Source: an uncultured Verrucomicrobiota bacterium | GTDB taxonomy: Bacteria; Verrucomicrobiota; Verrucomicrobiia; Limisphaerales; UBA9464 | Direction of reading: 5' to 3' | Assembly (NCBI GenBank): GCA_903858835.1 | Contig: CAIOKD010000244.1 | Location: forward strand, 1 to 38,188 | DNA length: 38,188 nt | Shown: positions 1-7,201 of the stretch, piece by piece | Layout of the letters: the number at the start of each line of letters is the position of its first letter | Position numbering within the stretch: position 1 is the first letter of the stretch | Program-made: the position numbers and the translations under genes | The notes under the pieces: generated by a model | What the model was told of the DNA's origin: nothing | The model's database searches: none | Seen by the model: the letters and a program-made list of their open reading frames with translations, nothing else

Positions 1-2643
1 CACCTTCCGCTTGGCCGCGATGCGCTGGAGGATCTCGGGGCCCGAAGCCTGGAACCGCCCGAACAACCGGACGGCCTTGTCGCGTTCGTCGGGATCGCGG
101 GATCCGAGCAGCGAACGAACGGTTGTCGCAGGAACGTCGGCCTTGGCGATCTCCCCACGATCCAGTGCCTGGAAAAGAGCCCATTTCCAGGCGGCTCGGG
201 TGGTGAAGAATTGGCCGGCCGCCGTGCGCACCGCCGGAGTCATACCCGGCCAGTGGCGCACCAATTGGCGCCCCGTGTCATCATCGCCCGTCTCGGCCAG
301 GACGCGGATGGCGGCGATGCGGAGCGCCTCAGGAGCGGTCGAGCCGACCACGGCCAAGAGCGCCGAACGGCCGTCGTCGGTGCGCTGATTGCGGAGTCCT
401 TGGATGGCCTCGAGCCGTTCCGCCTCGGACAGCGAGGCATCGCCGGCACGTGCCAACTGCGCCCGGAGCGCCCCGACATCGCCCCACAACGCCCCCAACT
501 GACGGGCCTTGCCCGAGGTGGCCAGGTTGGAACTGGAGAGGAGCTTCTTCAACAGAGCGTCGGTGGGCCGGGTCGGGGCCACCGTCTTTCCGCGTTGACC
601 GTCGATCAGGCCGTCCAGCAGGTATGGCAGGAGCGGCGAGGCCGAATCGAGCGATTCGACGATCTCGAGCGTCTTGTCCACGAGCCAATCCTTCCGGGCG
701 TCACAGAAGCGGCGGACCATCTTGTAGGCGAGCTTGCCGGACAGGGGGAGATAGCGTTCCCCCTTCTCCTGGAACCAGGCGGCCGTGATGTTGGGGTCAT
801 AGAGCAGGTTGGGCTCGAGGGCCATCCACAGCAGGAAGGGCAGATCGCGGTCGGTGGAGGCCTTGGCGGTGCTCAAGAGCTTCTCGGCCACGGCCGTCAC
901 CAGAGGCCCCAAGACGGCGATGTCGTGGCCGGGCGGCGTGTTGACCGTCAATGAACCGCCCGAGAACTGCCGGAGGGCGGTGGCGACGGCGGTGAGGACC
1001 GTCGGGTTCTCGTCGGTGGCCAGGAGTTCGAGACGCTTCTGGACCCGCTCGGTGAGGCGGTTGTTTTCGCCAGTGAAACGAGCGGCCCACATCCGCAACG
1101 AAGGCAACGAGGCGTCAGCCGCCTCGTCGAGCACGGCGTCATCGGCTTGGCCGGCGCTGAACAGGGTCCAGAGGGCGGCCAGACGGGCCTCCTCGGAGCC
1201 CTGCGACTTCATCCGCTGGAACAGCGCCGCCTTCTGGGAGGCGATGTCCGGGCGCTCCGCCAGGATCCGCTGCGCCATGCGGCGGTGCCACACGTTGGAG
1301 TGGGCCAGGGTCTGCACGAGTTCGGCGGTGCTCCGCTCGGCCAAAGCCAGACCCGCGGGTCGCGAGGGCACGGGCCGGCCGGGCTGGTCGCCGGTCCAGA
1401 CGATGCGCCAGATGCGCCCCCGCTCGCGATCCACGCCCTCGGGATCGGCACCGGCGTTCTGGTAGCAGGGATACTTGTCGTACCAATCCATCACCCACAC
1501 CGCGCCGTCCGGACCGGTCTGGGTGCTCACCGGCATGAACCAGCCGTCGTTGGCCCTCAGGAAATCGCCGTCGGCCGACGCCTTGAAAGTGCTGCCCTGG
1601 ACGGTCAACCGATCGCGATGGATGGCGTTGTCGTGGATGTTCCCCTGGAGCGCCATCCCGCGGAATTCCGCCGGGTATTGGTCGCCCTGGTACACGGTCA
1701 CGCCGGCATAGGCCGCCATATGGTGCTTGTGGTCGACGATGCTGGGCAGCAGGTCGTAGGCATACGGATAGGGCGGCTGGCCGGCCTGCCGCTGATAGAG
1801 GCCACCCGGCGCGAGGTGGAAGAAATGATCGATGACGCAGGCGCTGACGAAGGCGTTGCCCCGGGCGTCGAAGTCCACGCCCCACGGATTGGAGGTGCCC
1901 TCGGCGAAGACCTCCATGCGACGGGTCTTGGGCTGGAACCGCGCCACGCCCGCGGTCAGCAGCACCGGCTCCCCGGGCTTGGCTGGATCCACGGCCTGGG
2001 TGCGGGTGAAGACCCCGTGGGTCATGTACATCTGGCCGTCGGGTCCCCAGGTGAATCCATTGAGGAGTTCGTGCCGATCCTCGAGGCCGAAACCGGTCTG
2101 CACGACGGTCCGCTTGTCGGCCACCAGATCGCCGTCGGTATCTTCCAGGAAATAGAGGTTCGGCGCCGCTCCGACGTAAACGCCGCCATTGGCCACCAGG
2201 AGGCCCGTGGCCAGCGTGAAGCCGTCGGCGAACACCTTGACCGAATCGGCGCGTCCATCGCCGTCGGTGTCCTCCAACACCTTGATGCGGTCGCGCCCCT
2301 TTTCTCCCGGCTTTGTGCCCAAGGGATACTCGTAGAGTTCGACCACCCAGAGGCGACCGCGATCATCCCAGGTCATGGCCACGGGGTTCACCACCTCGGG
2401 CTCCGAGGCGAAGAGGCGCGCCTCGAATCCCGGCAGCAGGGTGAAGCGCTTGCGGGCCTCCTCCGGGGTGTAGGCCGGGTTGTCGGCGGGCTTGTGCTGG
2501 CCGGTCAACTGCTTCCCGGAGGGTGCATTGGTGTAGACCGGGAACCCGAACTTCGGATGCCGAGGCACCTCGGCGGATGTGGTCCATGCCGCAAGGCCGG
2601 CGGCGACGAAAGCGGCAAGGGACAGGCTCGATCGGAGGTGCAT
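1..2643 (-). CDS. PVC-type putative membrane-bound dehydrogenase domain protein with helical (HEAT-like) repeat region; the 3' end runs off the left edge of the window
   Basis: This gene is absent from the ORF track because the frame has no stop inside the window. The minus frame opens at ATG 2643-2641 (MHLRSSLSLAAFVAAGLAAWT, signal-peptide-like). None of the minus-strand track ORFs in 1..2643 lies in this frame, consistent with one open frame to position 1. I hand-translated four stretches: PEVVNPVAMTWDDRGRLWVV (2341-2400), EGTSNPWGVDFDARGNAFVSACVIDHFFH (~1816-1902), VWVMDWYDKYPCYQNAGADP (1441-1500) and QRIAAKRKV (1-27). The first three are the block motifs of the Pirellula/Verrucomicrobium 'putative membrane-bound dehydrogenase' beta-propeller domain. 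Leu/Ala-rich helical repeats follow. The family's usual C-terminal CxxCH heme domain would lie beyond the window. The opposite-strand 596-aa ORF 1147..2937 is a Gly/Arg/His/Val-rich shadow. Confidence 0.8.
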   Translation of the reverse strand, partial: MHLRSSLSLAAFVAAGLAAWTTSAEVPRHPKFGFPVYTNAPSGKQLTGQHKPADNPAYTPEEARKRFTLLPGFEARLFASEPEVVNPVAMTWDDRGRLWVVELYEYPLGTKPGEKGRDRIKVLEDTDGDGRADSVKVFADGFTLATGLLVANGGVYVGAAPNLYFLEDTDGDLVADKRTVVQTGFGLEDRHELLNGFTWGPDGQMYMTHGVFTRTQAVDPAKPGEPVLLTAGVARFQPKTRRMEVFAEGTSNPWGVDFDARGNAFVSACVIDHFFHLAPGGLYQRQAGQPPYPYAYDLLPSIVDHKHHMAAYAGVTVYQGDQYPAEFRGMALQGNIHDNAIHRDRLTVQGSTFKASADGDFLRANDGWFMPVSTQTGPDGAVWVMDWYDKYPCYQNAGADPEGVDRERGRIWRIVWTGDQPGRPVPSRPAGLALAERSTAELVQTLAHSNVWHRRMAQRILAERPDIASQKAALFQRMKSQGSEEARLAALWTLFSAGQADDAVLDEAADASLPSLRMWAARFTGENNRLTERVQKRLELLATDENPTVLTAVATALRQFSGGSLTVNTPPGHDIAVLGPLVTAVAEKLLSTAKASTDRDLPFLLWMALEPNLLYDPNITAAWFQEKGERYLPLSGKLAYKMVRRFCDARKDWLVDKTLEIVESLDSASPLLPYLLDGLIDGQRGKTVAPTRPTDALLKKLLSSSNLATSGKARQLGALWGDVGALRAQLARAGDASLSEAERLEAIQGLRNQRTDDGRSALLAVVGSTAPEALRIAAIRVLAETGDDDTGRQLVRHWPGMTPAVRTAAGQFFTTRAAWKWALFQALDRGEIAKADVPATTVRSLLGSRDPDERDKAVRLFGRFQASGPEILQRIAAKRKV

Positions 2644-2712
2644 GGTTTCGGGAAGCGCTGGAACTTTGGAATGCGAAACGAACTGAAGGCTGGCCGGGAT
2701 CACAGACACAGG

Positions 2713-2814
2713 TCTCCGATGGTCCTCAAGCCCAGGGTGGCCGGCCGAGGACCGGAGATACGGAATCCTGAGCCATCAGGCGGAACACGCGGCGAACTCG
2801 CCGCCGGGGATTCC
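2713..2814 (-). other. Cluster of inverted repeats (stem-loops) in the 197-bp spacer between the TIM-barrel gene and the dehydrogenase gene
   Basis: Three structures are visible. (1) TCTCCG(AT)GGTCCTC at 2713-2727 pairs with GAGGACCGGAGA at 2747-2758, about 13 bp with a small bulge, around a loop containing the palindrome GGCCGGCC. (2) GGAATCC (2762-2768) pairs with GGATTCC (2808-2814). (3) Nested inside (2), GCGGCG (2789-2794) pairs with CGCCGC (2799-2804). No U-tract follows any of them on the transcribed (minus) strand. Confidence 0.35.
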
Positions 2815-2840
2815 TGGCTTCGGGTCTCAGGCGTTAAGAC

Positions 2841-3716
2841 TCAGGAGGCGAAGATCTGGTCCATCTCGGTGGAGAGCTTCTTCAGCCCCTCGGGCGAACC
2901 CGCCCCGCCCTGTTCGGCGATGCCCCACCCGTGGTAGCCGATCTCGTCGATGGCCTTCATGACGGCCGGCCAGTTGTTGTCGCCCTTGAGGAACTCGGCA
3001 TCGAAGCCGGCCCACTTGCCCTGCTTGTCGGATTTGGTACGGCTGTACTCCTTGATGTGCAGCGTGGCGATGCGCTTGCCGAGGATGCGGACCCACTGCT
3101 CGGGCCACCCGTAGTGGATGAGGTTCCCCACGTCGAGGTGCCAGCCCACCATGGGACTCTTGAACTCGTCGACGTAGCGGGCGGCCTCCAGCGGGCTGAG
3201 GAGGAAATTGTTCCAGACATTCTCGATGGCGATCTTCACGCCCAGTTCCTCGGCCAAGGGCACCACCTTGCGGATCTCGGCCTGCGAACGCGTGTAGGCG
3301 TCGGCGTAGCTGATCGAGGCATTGACCACCGCCGGCACCAACAGCACCGCCGGCGCCCCATAGGCCTTGGCATCACGCAGCGACAGCTTGAGCCCCTCGA
3401 CGCCCACCTCGCGGACGGCGGGATTCGGGTCGGACAACGGCTTGGCCCAATGCGTGTGACAACAGACCGAGCCCGCCTTGAGGCCCGTGGCCTTCAGCGC
3501 GGCGTTCATCTCGGCATTGTCCATGCCGCCCATCGGCTCCACCCCGTCGAAGCCCGCCGCCTTGATGGCCTCCATCTTGTGCATCACCGAACCCGGGACC
3601 CCGACGGTGCCCCACATGATGCCCTTGAGGATCTTGCGCTTGGGAGCGCCCTGCGCGAAGGCGGGCAGCGAGGCCCCGAGGAGGGCGGCGGTCTGGAGGA
3701 AGTGTCGGCGATTCAT
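2841..3716 (-). CDS. Sugar phosphate isomerase/epimerase (xylose isomerase-like TIM barrel, AP_endonuc_2 family) with twin-arginine signal peptide
   Basis: Track ORF of 291 aa with an ATG start. The N-terminus MNRRHFLQTAALLGASLPAFAQG is a Tat-type signal. TIM-barrel family blocks are present: AAGFDGVE, GVKIAIENVWNNF, GWHLDVGN, LHIKE. Confidence 0.88.
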   Translation of the reverse strand: MNRRHFLQTAALLGASLPAFAQGAPKRKILKGIMWGTVGVPGSVMHKMEAIKAAGFDGVEPMGGMDNAEMNAALKATGLKAGSVCCHTHWAKPLSDPNPAVREVGVEGLKLSLRDAKAYGAPAVLLVPAVVNASISYADAYTRSQAEIRKVVPLAEELGVKIAIENVWNNFLLSPLEAARYVDEFKSPMVGWHLDVGNLIHYGWPEQWVRILGKRIATLHIKEYSRTKSDKQGKWAGFDAEFLKGDNNWPAVMKAIDEIGYHGWGIAEQGGAGSPEGLKKLSTEMDQIFAS

Positions 3717-3770
3717 GGGGCGGACGGGGTTCTTGGGAAACGGGTTCGGGGACGGACCGGAATGGAGGGC

Positions 3771-3808
3771 GATGAAGAAACCGGCCGGGCGAGGATTCGC
3801 CCGGCCGG
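3771..3808 (-). terminator. Rho-independent terminator downstream of the Gfo/Idh/MocA gene
   Basis: Perfect 12-bp GC-rich stem: CCGGCCGGGCGA (3781-3792) pairs with TCGCCCGGCCGG (3797-3808), with a 4-nt loop (GGAT). On the minus strand the stem is followed directly by TTTCTTC (3774-3780). The hairpin begins 13 nt after the stop codon at 3822-3824. Confidence 0.6.
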
Positions 3809-3821
3809 TGACTCGTCAGGA

Positions 3822-5123
3822 TCAGGCCAGCTTGGTCTTGCCCGGGACCGGCAGCGGCTCGATCGGCAGCTTCATGTCCCAGGACAGGTTGTCGGGCACG
3901 AGCTTGATCTGCGAATTGAGCGCCTGCTCCCAGGTGACCTCCTGGCCAGTGTAGGCGGCGAGGCGGCCCATGATGCCGGCCAGCGTGCTGTTGACCATGC
4001 GGTCACCATCGTTGTGCAACTCGCCGTTGCGGATCGCCTTGTACAAGTACTGGTGCTCGACCACGTACATGTCGGGCTTCTCGCCGCGATAACGCCAGCC
4101 GTTGGAACCGTCGGCATTCTTGAAGTACGAATTGGACCAACCGTTCCAGCCCTTGCCCTTGCCGCCGAGCACGTAGTCGCTGTTGTCGCTGTAGCAGTTG
4201 GCGATCTGACGCTGGGCGATGACGCCCCGGGCGCCGTTGGCCCACTCGTAGGTGGCGGTCATGTGGTCGAAGATGTTGCCCTCGTAGTTGGGGTGCACCC
4301 GACCACCGTTGGCCACGACCTTGGCCGGGGGCTTGTCGCCGAAGGCCCACATCATCTTGTCGACCGTGTGGATGCACTGCTCGACATAGCCGTCGCCGGC
4401 CAACCAGGTGAAGTTCATCCAGTTGCGCATCTGCCACTCGAGGTCGCCCACGCCCGGCTTGCGCTGCGAGGGGGCCTGCATCGGCTTCACGGGCCCGGTC
4501 AGGTAGGTGCCGTACATGGCCAGCACCTCGCCGAGTTCGCCGTCATTGATGCGCTTGAAGAACTCGCGCTGCGGGAAGGAATAACGCCAGCAGTAGCCCG
4601 CCACGAGGTTGAGCTTGGCCTCCTTGGACATGCGGACCGACTCCATCACGTGACGGATGCCGGCGCTGTCGGTGGCCATCGGCTTCTCACAGAAGATGTG
4701 CTTCTTCTTCTCGACGGCGTAGCGCAGGTGGGTCGGGCGGAATCCTGGGGGCGAGGCCAAGAGCACCACGTCAACACCGGCGTCGATCACCTTCTGGTAG
4801 GCGTCGAGACCCACGAAGCGCTTGGAGGGCTCGACCTGCACGCGACCCGGGAACTGCTTTTCCAGGCTGGCATGGCTCTGCTTGAGCTGGTCTTCGAAGG
4901 CGTCACCCATGGCCACGAGGATCAGGTTCTTGTCGGCCTCCAGCGCGTTGCCGGCGGCTCCGGTACCACGACCGCCGCAGCCCACGAGGCCGATGCGGAT
5001 GGTGTCGGAGTTGGCGGCGAAGGCGCGGTCCCGCATCAGCAGGGCCGGCGCGGCGAGCGTGAGGGCGGCGGCGGTGGAACCCGACTTGAGGAAGTCGCGG
5101 CGGTTCTCGAGGGGTGAGTTCAT
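3822..5123 (-). CDS. Gfo/Idh/MocA family oxidoreductase with twin-arginine signal peptide
   Basis: Track ORF of 433 aa. It has the Tat motif NRRDFLKSGSTAAALTLAAPALL, followed by the Rossmann dinucleotide-binding block IRIGLVGCGGRGTGAA and the EKP motif (HIFCEKPMA) typical of the Gfo/Idh/MocA family. Confidence 0.9.
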   Translation of the reverse strand: MNSPLENRRDFLKSGSTAAALTLAAPALLMRDRAFAANSDTIRIGLVGCGGRGTGAAGNALEADKNLILVAMGDAFEDQLKQSHASLEKQFPGRVQVEPSKRFVGLDAYQKVIDAGVDVVLLASPPGFRPTHLRYAVEKKKHIFCEKPMATDSAGIRHVMESVRMSKEAKLNLVAGYCWRYSFPQREFFKRINDGELGEVLAMYGTYLTGPVKPMQAPSQRKPGVGDLEWQMRNWMNFTWLAGDGYVEQCIHTVDKMMWAFGDKPPAKVVANGGRVHPNYEGNIFDHMTATYEWANGARGVIAQRQIANCYSDNSDYVLGGKGKGWNGWSNSYFKNADGSNGWRYRGEKPDMYVVEHQYLYKAIRNGELHNDGDRMVNSTLAGIMGRLAAYTGQEVTWEQALNSQIKLVPDNLSWDMKLPIEPLPVPGKTKLA

Positions 5124-5374
5124 GACTGGGAAATGACGCCACCCTTGGTCCGAAATTCAGCCCTTCCCGTCAAGCCTGCCGCCCCGAAACCGTCTAAAAT
5201 CAGCTCCCTATCCACCAACATCCCACCAACGCCACATCGTCTCACCTGCAACCGTTTTCCAGGGATCTACCGCCTTCAAAATAGCGTCTCCGGGGCGATA
5301 ACCGAAATAGAACGCGTCAAAAGACTGCTTGCCGCCCCCCTTTCACCGGATACCTTGCCCGTCCGCTTTTTGGC

Positions 5375-5449
5375 GGGTCGGTAGCTCAGCGGTAGAGCAG
5401 CGGCCTTTTAAGCCGTTGGTCCAGGGTTCAAATCCCTGCCGACCCACCA
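5375..5449 (+). tRNA. tRNA-Lys (anticodon TTT), CCA encoded
   Basis: Hand-folded cloverleaf. Acceptor stem GGGTCGG/CCGACCC, D stem GCTC/GAGC, anticodon stem GCGGC/GCCGT, anticodon loop CTTTTAA, T arm CAGGG-TTCAAAT-CCCTG. Discriminator A is at 5446 and CCA at 5447-5449. Confidence 0.92.
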
Positions 5450-5470
5450 GTCATTTTGGCGTGACAACAT

Positions 5471-5495
5471 GCGAGTCTGTCTGCGAAAGACTCGC
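5471..5495 (+). other. Stem-loop in the spacer between the two tRNAs
   Basis: GCGAGTCT (5471-5478) pairs with AGACTCGC (5488-5495), an 8-bp stem with a 9-nt loop, followed by CGCTCTTTTA. It could be a processing or weak termination signal. Confidence 0.3.
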
Positions 5496-5505
5496 CGCTC
5501 TTTTA

Positions 5506-5581
5506 GACCCCATCGTCTAGAGGCCTAGGACACCGCCCTTTCACGGCAGTAACCGGGGTTCGAATCCCCGTGGGGTCGCCA
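5506..5581 (+). tRNA. tRNA-Glu (anticodon TTC), CCA encoded
   Basis: Hand-folded cloverleaf. Acceptor stem GACCCCA/TGGGGTC, D arm GTC-TAGAGGCCTAG-GAC, anticodon stem CCGCC/GGCAG (one C.A mismatch at 28:42), anticodon loop CTTTCAC, T arm CGGGG-TTCGAAT-CCCCG. Discriminator G is at 5578 and CCA at 5579-5581. The sequence is close to the canonical bacterial tRNA-Glu. Confidence 0.9.
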
Positions 5582-5594
5582 TCTGTGAAACCCT

Positions 5595-5630
5595 CGGAAA
5601 CGCAAGTTTCCGGGGGTTTTCGCTTTTTCT
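5595..5630 (+). terminator. Rho-independent terminator after the tRNA pair
   Basis: CGGAAAC (5595-5601) pairs with GTTTCCG (5606-5612) around a GCAA tetraloop, followed by GGGGTTTTCGCTTTTTCT. It lies between the tRNA-Glu 3' end and the convergent DUF1501 stop at 5684, so it may act in both directions. Confidence 0.55.
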
Positions 5631-5683
5631 GGGACCTGCTTCACTCGACACCGCCAATACGCGGGTGCCGGACCGCCGTGCCT

Positions 5684-7201
5684 TCACGCCAAGATTCGCC
5701 GGATGATCTCCGGCTCGACCACGCCGGTGAGCTTCTGGTCGAGGCCGCCGTAGAAATAGGTGAGGCGCAGGGGATCGAGTCCCATGAGGTGCAGGATCGT
5801 GGCGTGCAGGTCCCGGATGTGGTGGCGATCGACGGCGGCCTCGTGGCCCAGTTCGTCGGTCTCGCCATAGCTGGTGCCACCGCGGACCCCTCCGCCGGCC
5901 AACCAATACGTGAAACCCTTGGGATTGTGGTCGCGCCCCCCGTTGCCACCCTGCGACACCGCCTGGCGACCGAATTCACCGCCCCAGACGATGAGCGTCG
6001 AATCGAGGAGTCCCCGCTGCTCCAGGTCGGCCAACAGCGCGGCGATGGGTCGATCGATCTCCGGCCCGTGGATGCGGAGGTTCTCCTCGACGCCGTTGTG
6101 GGCATCCCAGTTCTGCTGCTGGTGACCACCCCCGTGGTAGATCTGGATGAAGCGCACCCCTCGTTCGACCAGGCGCCGGGCGATGAGGCATTGGCGGCCG
6201 AAGGGGGCGGGTCCGAGCGCCAGGGGGTGGTCGTCGGGCCGGGATTGGTCGATACCGTAGCTCGACAGGGTGGCCGCCGATTCCTGCGACAGGTCGAGGG
6301 CCTCGGGTGCGCTGCGCTGGAGCTGGAAGGCCAGCTCATAGCTGGCGATGCGGGCCTGGAGTTCGCTGAACCCGGGCCGCGCGGCCAGATGCCCGGCATT
6401 GAGATCGTTGAGGGTCGTGATCGTGTCGCGCTGCACCTGGGGCGGCGCACCGTCGGCCGGGTCGAGGTTCAGGATGGGATTCCCGGAGGCCCGGAAGACG
6501 GTGCCCTGGTAGGCCGCCGGCATGAATCCGCTCGACCAGTTGGCCGCCCCGCTGATGGGCCCTCCGCGCGGATCGAGCATGACCACGTACCCTGGCAGGT
6601 TGGCGTTGGCCGAACCCAGCCCGTACGACAACCAGGACCCCATCGAGGGCCACCCCTGGAGCACGCGGCCGCTATTCATCTGGATCATGGCCGATCCGTG
6701 GGCGAAGGAATCGGCGTAGAGCGACTTGATGACGGCCAGCTTGTCCATGTGGCCGGAGAGGTGCGGCAGCACGTCGCTGCACCACAGGCCCGACTGGCCG
6801 TACTGGCGGAAGGTCCGCTTCGATCCCAGCAGGGTGCCGGGCTTCACGTCCCGCCGGCGCTGCTCCAGCGACGCGGTCTGGCCGTGGCGACGGTTCAGCT
6901 CCGGCTTGTAGTCGAAGAGGTCCATCTGCGACGGGCCGCCGTACATGAAGAGGAAGATGCAGGCCTTGGCCTTCGTCGGCAGGTGCGGCGGTTTCACCCG
7001 CATCGGATCCGACGACACGCTCGCGGCGACGTCGGGGCGCGCGAAGAACCCATCGGCCTCGAGCAATCCGGACAGGGCCAGGCTAGTGAAGCCCGCGCCG
7101 AACTGGGCCAGGAAATCGCGTCGGGAACCCACACACAGCGGGGAACCGCCACGGGAGGCTCTGGATGAACCGGAGGCATCAGTCGACATAGGCCACTTCA
7201 T
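5684..7201 (-). CDS. DUF1501 domain-containing protein (alkaline-phosphatase/sulfatase-like fold) with twin-arginine signal
   Basis: Track ORF of 505 aa. It has the Tat motif GSRRDFLAQFGAGFTSLAL and the DUF1501 blocks IFLFMYGGPSQMDLFDYKPEL and GRDHNPKGFTYWLAGGGVRGG. The start is ATG 7201 or in-frame ATG 7189. Both lie inside the 3' end of the upstream gene, giving an overlap of 23 or 11 nt. Confidence 0.9.
   Translation of the reverse strand: MKWPMSTDASGSSRASRGGSPLCVGSRRDFLAQFGAGFTSLALSGLLEADGFFARPDVAASVSSDPMRVKPPHLPTKAKACIFLFMYGGPSQMDLFDYKPELNRRHGQTASLEQRRRDVKPGTLLGSKRTFRQYGQSGLWCSDVLPHLSGHMDKLAVIKSLYADSFAHGSAMIQMNSGRVLQGWPSMGSWLSYGLGSANANLPGYVVMLDPRGGPISGAANWSSGFMPAAYQGTVFRASGNPILNLDPADGAPPQVQRDTITTLNDLNAGHLAARPGFSELQARIASYELAFQLQRSAPEALDLSQESAATLSSYGIDQSRPDDHPLALGPAPFGRQCLIARRLVERGVRFIQIYHGGGHQQQNWDAHNGVEENLRIHGPEIDRPIAALLADLEQRGLLDSTLIVWGGEFGRQAVSQGGNGGRDHNPKGFTYWLAGGGVRGGTSYGETDELGHEAAVDRHHIRDLHATILHLMGLDPLRLTYFYGGLDQKLTGVVEPEIIRRILA

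Noticed and set aside
1147-2937. 596-aa + strand ORF covering most of the left end of the window
   Set aside because: Its composition is Gly/Arg/His/Val/Leu-rich with no recognisable motifs. It lies antisense to a stop-free minus frame that translates into clear dehydrogenase-domain blocks (PEVVNPVAMTWDDRGRLWVV and others). It is a typical GC-rich shadow ORF.
2931-5117. 728-aa + strand ORF spanning two minus-strand genes and their intergenic terminator
   Set aside because: It runs antisense across the TIM-barrel gene, the 12-bp hairpin terminator and the Gfo/Idh/MocA gene, both of which have strong family motifs and Tat signals. The product is low-complexity and His/Gly/Arg/Val-rich.
5329-5520. 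63-aa + ORF in the tRNA region, and the 83-aa ORF 5133..5384
   Set aside because: The first is entirely explained by the tRNA-Lys gene and the spacer. The second lies in the promoter and intergenic region, has no motif, and ends inside the tRNA.
5506-5581. tRNA-Glu considered as a pseudogene because of the C.A mismatch in the anticodon stem
   Set aside because: All other stems, conserved D- and T-loop nucleotides, the discriminator and the CCA are intact. A single C.A apposition is tolerated in many functional tRNAs.
5124-5683. Possible integrated element or att site at the tRNA-Lys/tRNA-Glu locus
   Set aside because: There is no integrase or transposase, no duplicated tRNA 3' fragment, and no compositional island. 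The flanking genes are ordinary PVC chromosomal families.
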